Assembly: GCA_001801425.1 (NCBI GenBank)
Contig: MGXR01000002.1
Span: 11,606 to 75,605 of the forward strand
Direction of reading: 5' to 3'
DNA length: 64,000 nucleotides
Source: Gammaproteobacteria bacterium RIFCSPHIGHO2_02_FULL_42_43
GTDB lineage: Bacteria; Pseudomonadota; Gammaproteobacteria; Coxiellales; Coxiellaceae
This document shows, piece by piece, positions 1 through 9,678 of the stretch; positions within the stretch are counted from its first letter, which is position 1; each line of letters opens with the position of its first letter. Position numbers and translations under genes: made by a program. The notes under the pieces were generated by a model that did not search any database, was not told the origin of the DNA, and saw only the letters and a program-made list of their open reading frames with translations.

Positions 1-351
1 TCTTGCGCCATGGTGAGTGGCGTTTTTGTTATGCCACTGTCACAAACAATGCTTTCCGTTATTGCTGGCGCCAGTTTGGCGTTGTGTTTATCACAAGAAA
101 AAATGACATCGTTATCGATGACGAAAAATATAATTTATTTTTTGTGTTTACTTATTGTTAGTGTGTTTAGTGGTTATGTAGTTCTAGATACACTAATTCA
201 TTCCTTACCCACACTTACCCAATCTGAAATATATTGGGCGATAACACATAAAGACCGCGAATCAAATCATGTGGAGCTCAATCCGCGGTTTTGGGCACAG
301 GGATGGCTAACAGCGCATCATGATCCGCTGCCGATTACAACTCCGGAATGA
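1..351 (+). CDS. C-terminal part of a membrane protein (ORF open at left window edge)
   Basis: Frame 1 has no stop from base 1. Hydrophobic segments are present (LSVIAGASLALCL, IIYFLCLLIVSVFSGYVVL). No family is recognisable from the fragment. Confidence 0.35.
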   Translation, partial: SCAMVSGVFVMPLSQTMLSVIAGASLALCLSQEKMTSLSMTKNIIYFLCLLIVSVFSGYVVLDTLIHSLPTLTQSEIYWAITHKDRESNHVELNPRFWAQGWLTAHHDPLPITTPE

Positions 352-710
352 CCTCCGGTTGAATAGCAAGCTGCTTTTGGAGAACCATACAACTTCGCTA
401 CACCACCTCCCGCTACAACAGTCACAAGACATGACGTACCGGTTTCCTGCGATGTGTAAGTGGTGTGACATGGTGATTGCGCTGAATTAGGGAATGGAAC
501 TTGCACGGTTCCTGATGTGCCAGAAGTAATTGAGCCAGGGAAAGTAATTCCAGAGCATCCCGCTGTATTCGCGGTTGTTACTGTTCCTGGATTATTGTTT
601 TTGATGAAATACCCGGGGGTCGCTTTCATTTGTTCTGCGACTGCGTAGCCCGTCACAATAAGCGTTCCAAGACACAGGGTCGTTAAAACACTTCGAGTCA
701 CTTTATTCAT
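318..710 (-). CDS. small secreted Gly/Thr/Ser-rich protein
   Basis: The internal ATG at 710 gives a signal peptide, MNKVTRSVLTTLCLGTLIVTGYAVA, and is preceded by GGAG. The longer track ORF (to 818) adds 36 residues with no signal-peptide or other recognisable feature. Confidence 0.55.
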   Translation of the reverse strand: MNKVTRSVLTTLCLGTLIVTGYAVAEQMKATPGYFIKNNNPGTVTTANTAGCSGITFPGSITSGTSGTVQVPFPNSAQSPCHTTYTSQETGTSCLVTVVAGGGVAKLYGSPKAACYSTGGHSGVVIGSGS

Positions 711-820
711 ACACAATCTCCTTGTCGGTTTTTTATAGAACACACCTGTCATCTTACAGTTAAAGGAATCAGCATGTAAAGATGAGGAAGGATAGACGAA
801 TATTATTTTTAAAATCAATA

Positions 821-845
821 GATTAGATTAGATTAGATTAGATTA
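821..845. repeat. pentanucleotide tandem repeat (GATTA)x5
   Basis: gattagattagattagattagatta is read directly. It lies in the divergent intergenic region between the genes starting at 710 (-) and 972 (+). Confidence 0.9.
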
Positions 846-971
846 GAAATTCAGATTCACACATTCACATAAAGGGACAAATGTTGATGCAGAATATGAT
901 CATTCTTAATACAATTGTAAGAATACCATGATACAGTTACGGCTTAATGTTAATAACCAAAGAGAGATAAT

Positions 972-1424
972 ATGATGCGAAAAACGCTAACAGCTGTTGC
1001 TTTGTTGATTGCAATAACAGGATCTTCCGCAGCGATTGCTAACCCCACTGGAATCAAAATATCTACTAACATCCCGGGTGGTGTTACCTTAAATTGCGTT
1101 CCTAATGATGGTGAATCTGGAACACCCATCATCATTACCAGTGACAATCCTTATTCTAGTTGGTGGGGCGGGCTTTCCAGTAATTTCAACGGAACTAATA
1201 TGCAATGCACATTTACCCCGGTTAACGATCCTAAAAAAGTAATCGGCAGTGCTCAAATTATTGTATGGAACATCAGTGAATCACCTTACGACAACGCATT
1301 AGCTGGCTCTGTTTTGAATGTGTTAAGTGCATCCGGTTTCGATCTGGCAGCACAAGGTACGAAAAAAGCACCTCGTCTTGGCCCGGCTTACTTTAATTAC
1401 GTTTTGACGATGAGTAAAAATTAA
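972..1424 (+). CDS. small secreted protein of unknown function
   Basis: Signal peptide MMRKTLTAVALLIAITGSSAAIA. GAGAG lies upstream of the ATG. Confidence 0.6.
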   Translation: MMRKTLTAVALLIAITGSSAAIANPTGIKISTNIPGGVTLNCVPNDGESGTPIIITSDNPYSSWWGGLSSNFNGTNMQCTFTPVNDPKKVIGSAQIIVWNISESPYDNALAGSVLNVLSASGFDLAAQGTKKAPRLGPAYFNYVLTMSKN

Positions 1425-1474
1425 AACGGGAATGACATTATTCGCGTGAATCACACGCGAATAATTGAAGAAAA

Positions 1475-2524
1475 ATGAAATCGCTATCCAAAAAACAAAT
1501 TATTCTCCTATCATTTTTTGCAGTTATATTCAGCATTATTTTAAAATATTTTTTATTTTTTAAAAACAAAAATGAGTTGCCAGAAGGTTGCGAAAATTTT
1601 GATTTATTGAGTGGAGAAATAACCAACGAAACAATCGCACTCATATTGGGTGAGTACCATGATTCACGCGACATCGCTTTAAAATGTGCATTCAATTTAA
1701 TTAGTTATTGGTTGTACGGTGTCACCGCGAACAATGCCTTCTTGAATACAACGCATCCTTTTAATGTGTATTTTGAAGGGGCATGCGTACGCTCTGATGC
1801 AGAAAATAAAGCGGCACTTTGCTACAACAAAACAAGTGAACGAATGTTTCCGCTATATCGTATCTCGCAAAATGCAAGCACGTGGAGCAATAGAGAATTA
1901 CACATAGTGTATGGCAGTTTACTGGAAGTTTCGCGCAGCATTATGACGCTAGAACAAGTGATTTTATTTCAGCGTGCAAATGACGCAGATGACGAATTAA
2001 TGTATGCGCTATTAAGCGATACCAATCATCCTGGATATCAAGTACTTTTTAACGGAATCATGAACGAAGCGTTCATAAAAGATAATATGAACATGCGTCA
2101 CTCGATCATGTTGGTTCGCGAAACCTTGCGATCCATCGTCGAAAGCGGTGTAAGAATGCTGGGCAAATTACCACTATCACTTTTAATTGAAATAATGATC
2201 AGAATGATGGTTCAACGTGAAGTTAACGTGACACTGGCGCCAGGAGAAAACGCCACCACAATCAATCATCATATTTTTTCAAGTGACAGAGCCAAAAATA
2301 TTAGCGTTGGTCGCAATGATCATTTTTTTGAATTAGCTAATAATGTGACGCGATACCCCAGCCTTTCCTTTTTTCTTGCTGGAAATTTTCACGCGTTCGA
2401 AATGCAAAAAAGGTTTTCAGAAAAACCAAATTCACGTGTTGCTATTGTCGCCATGAAAGAATTATCGGACGCACATCGTGAAAAAAGAAAACAGCAGGAA
2501 GCGTACAAAAAATCTCTGAGATAA
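1475..2524 (+). CDS. N-terminally membrane-anchored hypothetical protein, possibly Tiki/ChaN/erythromycin-esterase-like
   Basis: N-terminal TM segment IILLSFFAVIFSIILKYFLFF. It has an LILGEYHDS motif near the N-terminus and AGNFHAF near the C-terminus, resembling the paired GxxH motifs of the Tiki/ChaN superfamily. Confidence 0.5.
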   Translation: MKSLSKKQIILLSFFAVIFSIILKYFLFFKNKNELPEGCENFDLLSGEITNETIALILGEYHDSRDIALKCAFNLISYWLYGVTANNAFLNTTHPFNVYFEGACVRSDAENKAALCYNKTSERMFPLYRISQNASTWSNRELHIVYGSLLEVSRSIMTLEQVILFQRANDADDELMYALLSDTNHPGYQVLFNGIMNEAFIKDNMNMRHSIMLVRETLRSIVESGVRMLGKLPLSLLIEIMIRMMVQREVNVTLAPGENATTINHHIFSSDRAKNISVGRNDHFFELANNVTRYPSLSFFLAGNFHAFEMQKRFSEKPNSRVAIVAMKELSDAHREKRKQQEAYKKSLR

Positions 2525-2621
2525 AAATATTATTTTTGTCATCATGTGTTCAATAAATAAATCGGCATGTGACCCCTTAGCCATTGAAAAGTTACGCGTT
2601 ATCGATAGAATTCGGACTGTT

Positions 2622-2666
2622 CATCAAGATGGTGGAATTGGTAGACGCGCAAGTTTCAGATGCTTG
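2622..2666 (+). pseudogene. tRNA-Leu(CAG)-like 5' fragment (D-arm plus anticodon arm only)
   Basis: GGTGGAATTGGTAGACGCGC (2631-2650) matches the bacterial tRNA-Leu D-arm. It is followed by stem CAAGT / loop TTCAGAT / stem GCTTG (anticodon CAG at 2657-2659). No T-arm or matching acceptor 3' strand lies downstream. Confidence 0.4.
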
Positions 2667-2703
2667 CGGAGTAACACCTTGAGCATGATGAAAATTGTAA
2701 ACA

Positions 2704-3231
2704 CTAAGGTCTGTTTATTTTTTCCGCAAACGCCAATAAATTGTCGTAGATTTCGGTGGACGTAAACAATTTCGCAGTCTTTTCGCCATTACCTGTTCTC
2801 AACAACACAAACGGGCAACCCACTGCTTTCGCCGCTTCCCAATCTCTGTCGCTATCGCCCACAAAAATCATCTCTGAAAATGGCACTTGAAAATCGCGCT
2901 GAATCTGATGCAACAATCCGGGCTTGGGTTTTCGACACAAACAATTTTCATCCGGTCTGTGCGGACAAAAATAAATTTTTTCAATTTTTCCACCCGCATT
3001 TTCAATCAACGTTAGCATTTTTTGATGAATATGTTGCAGTGATTCTTTTGAAAATATTTCGCGATTCACGCCTGATTGATTGGTGGCGATCACGAGGGTG
3101 TGATGCGCTTTGGTGAGTATTGCTATTGCTTCGATGCTGCCTGGAATAGGAATCCATTCATCCGGAGATTTGATATATTCGGTGGATTCAAAATTTATCA
3201 CGCCGTCACGATCTAAGATAATCAATGTCAT
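2704..3231 (-). CDS. gmhB: D-glycero-beta-D-manno-heptose-1,7-bisphosphate 7-phosphatase (HAD family)
   Basis: LILDRDGVIN HAD motif I, VIATNQSG motif II, CxC(R)KPKPG Zn-loop, FVGDSDRD motif. 175 aa. Confidence 0.8.
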   Translation of the reverse strand: MTLIILDRDGVINFESTEYIKSPDEWIPIPGSIEAIAILTKAHHTLVIATNQSGVNREIFSKESLQHIHQKMLTLIENAGGKIEKIYFCPHRPDENCLCRKPKPGLLHQIQRDFQVPFSEMIFVGDSDRDWEAAKAVGCPFVLLRTGNGEKTAKLFTSTEIYDNLLAFAEKINRP

Positions 3232-4190
3232 GCAAACACCGTTTGATGAATCTGCAATTCACGTGAAAATCCGCGAATAAAATCAGCGGCGGAAATTCTT
3301 TTTTTCCCCGGCATCTGCACAGATAAAATTTCTAATGCACCATCGGCAGCTGCAATAGAAAAAAAATTTTTTTCAATTGCAATGAGTGTACCTGGCGATT
3401 GATTCGATGATGCTGATGAAACGCGCGCTTGCCAAATCTTCAACGGTTGATTGAGAAAAATCGTTTGCGCCACAGGCCAAGCGTAAAACGCGCGAATTTT
3501 TCGCTCAATTTGAATTGCGGATTGTTTCCAATCAATCACCGCTTCTGATTTATCAATTTTATCAGCGATGGTGATGCCAGCAGCACTTTGCGCTGTTGCG
3601 TGAATTTTATTTTCTGCTAATTGATTTAATGTTTTGAGTAATAATGCGGCGCCCAGTTGACTTAACCGATCCTGCAACGCATCACTGGTTTCATTGCCAC
3701 TCAACGCAATTTTTTCCACCATAAAAACGGGGCCTGTGTCCATACCCTTATCTAATTGCATAATCGAAACACCAGTCTCACGATCCCCCGCTGCTATCGT
3801 TCGCTGAATGGGCGCTGCTCCTCGCCATCGCGGCAACAAGGAAGGATGAATATTCACGCAGCCTAAACGCGGAATCGACAATACTGCTTCGGGCAATAAA
3901 ATTCCATACGCCACCACGACCATCACATCCGCATTCAATTCGCGCAATGTCGATTGAATTGCATGATCGCGCAATGTTTTTGGCTGAAAAATAGGGAGTT
4001 GATGTGTTTCTGCCAATTGTTTAACGGGTGAGGCTTGTATTTTTTTTCCACGACCCGCGGGGCGATCCGGTTGTGTTAACACCGCAATCACTTTGTGCGT
4101 TGAAGTAAGTAATTGTTGCAGCGCGGGTACGGCGAATTCGGGCGTTCCCGCAAAAATAATTTTTAAACATGATCGCTTAATGTCTGGCAA
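3228..4190 (-). CDS. fmt: methionyl-tRNA formyltransferase
   Basis: KIIFAGTPEFAVPALQQL N-terminus, HPSLLPRWRGAAPIQ motif, ~320 aa. ATGA overlap with gmhB. Confidence 0.9.
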   Translation of the reverse strand: MPDIKRSCLKIIFAGTPEFAVPALQQLLTSTHKVIAVLTQPDRPAGRGKKIQASPVKQLAETHQLPIFQPKTLRDHAIQSTLRELNADVMVVVAYGILLPEAVLSIPRLGCVNIHPSLLPRWRGAAPIQRTIAAGDRETGVSIMQLDKGMDTGPVFMVEKIALSGNETSDALQDRLSQLGAALLLKTLNQLAENKIHATAQSAAGITIADKIDKSEAVIDWKQSAIQIERKIRAFYAWPVAQTIFLNQPLKIWQARVSSASSNQSPGTLIAIEKNFFSIAAADGALEILSVQMPGKKRISAADFIRGFSRELQIHQTVFA

Positions 4191-4707
4191 TGCGCATTCC
4201 TTCTGATTCTAATTGTTGCAACAATGTCGTTTGCAAAACAGTATCGACCAATTCTTTTTTGCTGATGCAATTTAATTTTAATTTCATATTCTTCACGTAA
4301 AATTCAACGGTGCGTGCGGATAAATCCATCTTGACGCCCACCTCCGGAATCGTCAAACCCTGCGCCAGCCAAAATATACACTGCGCTTCGCGCTTAGTTA
4401 AATAAATCCCCGGGAAATCCTCTCCTAAATAATAACTGTTTTCTCGGTGGGTGCCACGTATTATTCGACGCGGTGGCGGTAGCACCGCTTCTAAAAAATC
4501 ACTCATGCGCCCTCGGTTGGTGAAAACACACGCATGAACGGCAGCATTTTTAGTTAATACTTCGCTCGCGATCGATCGCCAATAATGCATAAACACTCCT
4601 TCATCCTGTACATTCCAAAAAATGCAGCTTAGCGAGACGGGATGTTTTGTCAATACCGTGTTTTGCAATTGCGTGCTTTTTTGTATTAATACCACTCGCG
4701 CCATCAT
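4177..4707 (-). CDS. LuxR-family (GerE-type HTH) transcriptional regulator
   Basis: C-terminal LTKREAQCIFWLAQGLTIPEVGVKMDLSARTVEFYVKNMKLKL is a classic LuxR/GerE HTH. The start is uncertain (alternative ATG at MHYWRS). Confidence 0.7.
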   Translation of the reverse strand: MMARVVLIQKSTQLQNTVLTKHPVSLSCIFWNVQDEGVFMHYWRSIASEVLTKNAAVHACVFTNRGRMSDFLEAVLPPPRRIIRGTHRENSYYLGEDFPGIYLTKREAQCIFWLAQGLTIPEVGVKMDLSARTVEFYVKNMKLKLNCISKKELVDTVLQTTLLQQLESEGMRIARH

Positions 4708-4710
4708 TGA

Positions 4711-4748
4711 ATTTCGAATATTTCGATTGATTCATTTATTTCGAATAT
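4711..4748. promoter_or_regulatory. two direct copies of ATTTCGAATAT (candidate operator)
   Basis: ATTTCGAATAT occurs at 4711-4721 and 4738-4748, each containing the palindrome TTCGAA. They lie in the divergent region between the LuxR gene and the HTH/PIN pair. Confidence 0.25.
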
Positions 4749-4786
4749 GATACACTGACCTCAATATAACCAACTGGAAATATAAG

Positions 4787-5233
4787 ATGCACCCTCATAA
4801 CGAAAAAGAAACCGCGTTAGCAAAAGAATCGAGTCGCTTTTTAGTAAGTTATTTGCGATCGGTGCGAAAGCAAGCAGTCGAATTAAAATTCGTCGACAGT
4901 AATGGGAAATTGAAAAAAATACTCATCCCTCGGGTCGCGATGAACCTGCTGGCTGAGATATTGCAGCAAATGAGCAGTGGCAATAATATTTTATTGCATT
5001 CTGTTCGTAATGAACTCACTACACAACAAGCGGCTGATTTACTCAATGTATCACGGCCATTTTTAGTAAAATTATTGAAAAATGGAGAAATTCCATACCG
5101 TAAAGTTGGGGTTAGACGAAAAATATTGTCGAAAGACATTTTAAAATATAAAGAAACGATAGATCGAAAACGTAGGGCAACACTGGATGAGCTCGTAGCC
5201 CGATCGCAGGAATCAAATCTCGGATATGAGTAA
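4787..5233 (+). CDS. excisionase/MerR-type HTH DNA-binding protein, putative antitoxin
   Basis: LTTQQAADLLNVSRPFLVKLLKNGEIPYRKVG is an HTH_17-like motif. It sits 3 nt upstream of a PIN gene. Confidence 0.7.
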   Translation: MHPHNEKETALAKESSRFLVSYLRSVRKQAVELKFVDSNGKLKKILIPRVAMNLLAEILQQMSSGNNILLHSVRNELTTQQAADLLNVSRPFLVKLLKNGEIPYRKVGVRRKILSKDILKYKETIDRKRRATLDELVARSQESNLGYE

Positions 5234-5236
5234 GCA

Positions 5237-5806
5237 ATGGAAAGATTAATTGTATTGTATGATGCATGCGTTCTATATCCCGCTCCGTTGCGTGATTTTC
5301 TAATGGAGCTAGCATTAACTGATTTATTCCAAGCTAAATGGTCGAATCGCATTCATGATGAGTGGATAAGAAATGTTTTGAAGAATAGGCCTGATCTCAC
5401 TAAAGATAAATTAATTATCATTCGCGATTTAATGAATTATCATGTTCGCGATTGCTTAGTTGAGAAATATGAAAAAATTATCCCGAAATTAAATCTTCCT
5501 GATAAAAATGATCGTCATGTTTTGGCAGCAGCAATTCATTCAAAATCTTCTATCATAGTAACGTTTAATACAAAAGATTTTCCAGATCGAATAGTGAAAA
5601 AATATGAAATAAAGGCGAAAAATCCAGATGATTTTATTGTAAATCAATGCGATTTTACACCAGAAATTTTGTGTTCAGTTGCAAAAAACTGTCGTTCACG
5701 TTTGAAGAAACCAAAATTTGATGTTGAGCGATATTTGCAAAATTTGGAAAGGCAACAACTACATAACACGGTGAAAATGCTCAAAAAATATAGCGACCGG
5801 ATATAA
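5237..5806 (+). CDS. PIN-domain protein, putative toxin ribonuclease
   Basis: N-terminal VLYDACVLY (acidic Asp), DKNDRHVLAAAI and IVTFNTKDF motifs are typical of PIN folds. It is paired with the upstream HTH gene. Confidence 0.7.
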   Translation: MERLIVLYDACVLYPAPLRDFLMELALTDLFQAKWSNRIHDEWIRNVLKNRPDLTKDKLIIIRDLMNYHVRDCLVEKYEKIIPKLNLPDKNDRHVLAAAIHSKSSIIVTFNTKDFPDRIVKKYEIKAKNPDDFIVNQCDFTPEILCSVAKNCRSRLKKPKFDVERYLQNLERQQLHNTVKMLKKYSDRI

Positions 5807-5876
5807 CGCGCTTTTTAAAAATTGTATTCATCAAAAAGCACTCAAAATTGGCAGTTAATGATTGGGGGCTGAGTTG

Positions 5877-8453
5877 TTACGAAAACTTCAGATGATCGGA
5901 TTCCAATGTCACCTGAATCGTGCTGCCGGGAGAACATTTTCCGGATAAAATATCTTGTGCTAATGGATTTTCAAGATATTGTTGAATCGCGCGTTTGAGC
6001 GGACGTGCACCGTACACCGGATCAAAACCTGCTTTTGCAATAAATGCAATCGCGTCTTTCGACAATTCAATTTTATAATTTTGATCATGCAATCGTTTTC
6101 GAATTCGCTCAAGCTGAACATTAGCAATCGCTTCAATGTTCGCTTGATTCAACGGATGAAATACCATCGTTTCATCAACGCGATTAATAAATTCTGGGCG
6201 AAAACTTTTTCGCACAATTTCCATCACCATTTCTTTCATTTTCGCGTAACCTTCGCTCGCAAATTCTTGAATGATTTCAGAACCTAAATTCGATGTCATG
6301 ACGATAACTGTATTTCGAAAATCAACGGTGCGCCCTTGACCATCAGTCAATCGACCATCGTCTAACACTTGCAATAAAATATTAAACACGTCGGGATGCG
6401 CTTTTTCAATTTCATCCAACAATAATAATGAATAGGGTTTACGACGCACGGCCTCCGTTAAATAACCACCCTCTTCGTAACCAACATATCCCGGCGGCGC
6501 GCCAATCAAACGCGCGACGGAATGTTTTTCCATAAATTCTGACATATCCATGCGCACCATGGCGTCAGGTGTATCAAATAAAAATGTGGCGAGTGCTTTG
6601 CACAATTCTGTTTTGCCAACACCCGTTGGCCCCAAAAATAAAAATGAACCAATAGGGCGATTGGGATCTGACATGCCGGCACGCGAACGCCGTATCGCAT
6701 TCGCCACAGCATTCACCGCTTCATCTTGGCCTATCACGCTCGCATGCAGAACACTTTCCATGCGCAGCAATTTTTCTTTTTCACCTTCCATCATGCGCGA
6801 CACTGGAATGTGCGTCCACTTTGAAACAACTTCCGCAATTTCTTCTTCGGTCACACTGTTGCGCAATAATTTATGTTTGTCTTTGGAATCCGATTTTTTT
6901 TCAGTGCTCTCTGCTTGTTTTAATTTTTTTTCCAATTCAGGAATCACGCCGTATTGTAATTCAGACATGCGCGCTAAATCAGATGCACGTGCTGCCGCAT
7001 CCAAATCGATGCGCGCTTGATCCAGCGATTCTTTAATTTTTTGTGTGCCTTGCAAACTTAATTTTTCAGATTTCCAAATTTCTTCTAAATTCGCGTATTC
7101 TTTTTCGCATTTTTTAATATCACTTTCTAAATCTTTTAATCTTTTTTGCGATGCATCATCCTTTTCTTTTTTTAATGCTTCGCGCTCAATTTTAAATTGA
7201 ATTAATTTTCTTTCTAAGCGATCCAGGTCATGCGGCTTGGAATCAATTTCCATGCGAATTTCACTCGCCGCTTCATCAATTAAATCGATCGCTTTATCCG
7301 GCAATTGCCGATCGGAAATATAGCGATGCGATAACGTTGCTGCAGCAACAATTGCGGGATCGGTGATCGTCACACCATGATGCACTTCATATTTTTCTTT
7401 TAAGCCACGCAAAATCGCGATCGTTTCTTCAACCGAAGGTTCGTCCACCAATACTTTTTGAAAACGTCTTTCCAGTGCCGCGTCTTTTTCCACGTATTGT
7501 CGATATTCATCTAATGTCGTCGCACCAACACAATGCAATTCGCCACGCGCCAATGCGGGCTTTAACATATTTCCCGCATCCATCGCCCCTTCGGCTTTTC
7601 CAGCGCCAACCATGGTATGAATTTCGTCGATAAATAAAATGACTTGCCCTTCTTGCTTGGCTAAATCCTTTAAAACTGCTTTCAAGCGCTCTTCAAATTC
7701 ACCGCGAAATTTTGCACCGGCAATTAAAGCGCCCATGTCTAACGCTAATACTCTTTTATTGCGAATGCCTTCGGGCACTTCGTTATTCACAATGCGCAGC
7801 GCAAGACCTTCAACAATCGCGGTTTTACCAACGCCCGGTTCACCAATTAATACGGGGTTATTTTTCGTGCGACGTTGCAACACTTGTATTGTGCGACGAA
7901 TCTCATCATCGCGACCAATCACCGGATCTAATTTTCCCGCTTCGGCACGCGCGGTTAAATCAATCGTGTATTTTTCTAATGCTTGACGTTGACCTTCAGC
8001 GCCAGGATCATTCACTTTTTCATTTCCGCGCATAGTTTGAATTACCTCTTGCAATTTTTTTTCTTTCAAACCTGCTTTTTTTAAGCTATCTTGTAAACCA
8101 CTTTTTTTCTCAAACGCTGCGATTAAAAAAATTTCGCAAGAAATGTATTTGTCTTTATTTTTTTGCGCAAGCTGATCGCAACGATTGAGCAATTGCGCGA
8201 GCGAGTTAGATACATGGATTTGACCGGGAGCGCCTTCTACTTTTGCAAAGCGATCAATCGCTTTTCGCAACTCATCGGTTAATGTCGCGAGATTAACGCC
8301 GGCTTGTTCGAGCAACCTTCCAACCGTGCCATTATTCTGGGACAACATGGCCAGCAACACATGCTCTGGCTCAATAAATTGATTGTCGGCGCCGAGCGCG
8401 AGCGACTGCGCATCCGCCAACGCCGCTTGAAACATGTCAGTAAATTTTTCCAT
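5877..8453 (-). CDS. clpB: ATP-dependent chaperone/disaggregase ClpB
   Basis: Two AAA+ modules ([20 protein letters not shown]) and a long coiled-coil middle domain. Start [21 protein letters not shown] chosen by similarity to ClpB N-termini, with GAGG upstream. Confidence 0.95.
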   Translation of the reverse strand: MEKFTDMFQAALADAQSLALGADNQFIEPEHVLLAMLSQNNGTVGRLLEQAGVNLATLTDELRKAIDRFAKVEGAPGQIHVSNSLAQLLNRCDQLAQKNKDKYISCEIFLIAAFEKKSGLQDSLKKAGLKEKKLQEVIQTMRGNEKVNDPGAEGQRQALEKYTIDLTARAEAGKLDPVIGRDDEIRRTIQVLQRRTKNNPVLIGEPGVGKTAIVEGLALRIVNNEVPEGIRNKRVLALDMGALIAGAKFRGEFEERLKAVLKDLAKQEGQVILFIDEIHTMVGAGKAEGAMDAGNMLKPALARGELHCVGATTLDEYRQYVEKDAALERRFQKVLVDEPSVEETIAILRGLKEKYEVHHGVTITDPAIVAAATLSHRYISDRQLPDKAIDLIDEAASEIRMEIDSKPHDLDRLERKLIQFKIEREALKKEKDDASQKRLKDLESDIKKCEKEYANLEEIWKSEKLSLQGTQKIKESLDQARIDLDAAARASDLARMSELQYGVIPELEKKLKQAESTEKKSDSKDKHKLLRNSVTEEEIAEVVSKWTHIPVSRMMEGEKEKLLRMESVLHASVIGQDEAVNAVANAIRRSRAGMSDPNRPIGSFLFLGPTGVGKTELCKALATFLFDTPDAMVRMDMSEFMEKHSVARLIGAPPGYVGYEEGGYLTEAVRRKPYSLLLLDEIEKAHPDVFNILLQVLDDGRLTDGQGRTVDFRNTVIVMTSNLGSEIIQEFASEGYAKMKEMVMEIVRKSFRPEFINRVDETMVFHPLNQANIEAIANVQLERIRKRLHDQNYKIELSKDAIAFIAKAGFDPVYGARPLKRAIQQYLENPLAQDILSGKCSPGSTIQVTLESDHLKFS

Positions 8454-8500
8454 GAAAATCGTCGCCTCAAACAAAGCCTAAACACTATACCTTTTCTGTA

Positions 8501-8528
8501 AGATAAGGGTAAGATAGCTCATTTTCAA
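8501..8528 (-). promoter_or_regulatory. candidate sigma-32 (heat-shock) promoter of clpB
   Basis: The minus strand reads TTGAAA-13 nt-CCCTTATCT about 48 nt upstream of the clpB ATG. Compare consensus CTTGAAA-N13-14-CCCCATNT. Confidence 0.35.
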
Positions 8529-8914
8529 TGGATCACCTAATGCACGCAAGTGAACGATGTTCAGAATTAATGGGATTGGCGATATGCGCGGTGGCAGGCG
8601 CTATCACAGGCTTTTTTTTCGTTTATTATGAAATTATCAGTTTATTTGACAAGAAAATTTCCGCCAAGCAAGAAGAGCGCGCGTTACTGACCTCTGTTGC
8701 CGTCGGCGCTTCGGCATTTTCAATTTTTTATTTAGTCGCAATAAAAAAAGCACGGCAAGCATTGTTTTGCTGCGTTGATTTTACAGAAACGCCGACATTG
8801 CAGTCACAAAACAACACAACGAGATTGGACGCAGAAAATCCAACCATTCAAACATTGTCGGATGATGAAGATGATGTTTCAGAAAGATCGGCGTTGCTTG
8901 TTAGCGCAAACTGA
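8528..8914 (+). CDS. small two-TM membrane protein with acidic C-terminal tail
   Basis: TM segments [18 protein letters not shown] and [15 protein letters not shown]. The tail is [14 protein letters not shown]. The 3' end overlaps the convergent ttcA by 67 nt. Confidence 0.45.
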   Translation: MDHLMHASERCSELMGLAICAVAGAITGFFFVYYEIISLFDKKISAKQEERALLTSVAVGASAFSIFYLVAIKKARQALFCCVDFTETPTLQSQNNTTRLDAENPTIQTLSDDEDDVSERSALLVSAN

Positions 8915-9678
8915 TTAAAATCCCATAAATTTTTATCCATCAATTGACTCGGTTGAACGCTTTGCAATGCGTGCAAAATGTTGCTGGGAATTTTGGGATT
9001 GTCGCACGACAATTCTTCGATTAATTTTTTTATTTTGTTGCGCGTTAAATTTTCTTGTGATCCACATAAATTGCACGGAATAATTGGAAATTGTTGCTCG
9101 CTTGCAAATGCTTTAATATCAGATTCCTGGCAATACACCATCGGACGTATCACAATGTTTTTCTGATCATCGGATAATAATTTCGGCGGCATGGATTTAA
9201 TCTGCCCGGCATATAAAATTGACATCAATAATGTTTGAATACAATCATCGCGATGATGACCCAACGCAATTTTGTTAAATTTATTTTCTATTGCGTATCG
9301 ATAAATATTGCCGCGACGCAAACGCGAACACAACGAGCAATACGTTTTTCCTTCGGGGATAACACGCTTAACAACTGAATACGTATCGCGCTTCTCAATT
9401 TCATGTGGAATTTTTCGATCCGATAACCAACGGCGCATATGCGAATCATCCCAGCCAGGCTGAGATTGATCAAGTGTGTACGCAAAAATATCAAATGTGT
9501 TGCGCCATTCTTTTTGAATGCGTTGCAATACGGTCAACATCGTGTAAGAATCTTTTCCACCAGATAAACACACCATCACACGATCATTTTTTTCAATCAA
9601 GTTGAAATCGGAGATGGCTCTGCTTGCATAATGAATTAATTTTTTTTCGATAGCAGTTAAGTTATCTCCCACGCACAT
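8848..9678 (-). CDS. ttcA: tRNA 2-thiocytidine(32) synthetase
   Basis: PP-loop [10 protein letters not shown]; [10 protein letters not shown] and CNLCGSQ Fe-S cysteines. The start is set at the ATG one codon inside the track ORF. Confidence 0.85.
   Translation of the reverse strand: MCVGDNLTAIEKKLIHYASRAISDFNLIEKNDRVMVCLSGGKDSYTMLTVLQRIQKEWRNTFDIFAYTLDQSQPGWDDSHMRRWLSDRKIPHEIEKRDTYSVVKRVIPEGKTYCSLCSRLRRGNIYRYAIENKFNKIALGHHRDDCIQTLLMSILYAGQIKSMPPKLLSDDQKNIVIRPMVYCQESDIKAFASEQQFPIIPCNLCGSQENLTRNKIKKLIEELSCDNPKIPSNILHALQSVQPSQLMDKNLWDFNQFALTSNADLSETSSSSSDNV

Noticed and set aside
2544-2765. 73-aa plus-strand ORF.
   Set aside because: It spans the tRNA-Leu-like fragment and runs into the gmhB 3' end on the opposite strand. 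It has no SD and an implausible composition.
5979-8035. Multiple plus-strand ORFs within clpB (for example 6550-7020, 7639-7986).
   Set aside because: They are antisense to a complete, highly conserved ClpB reading frame.
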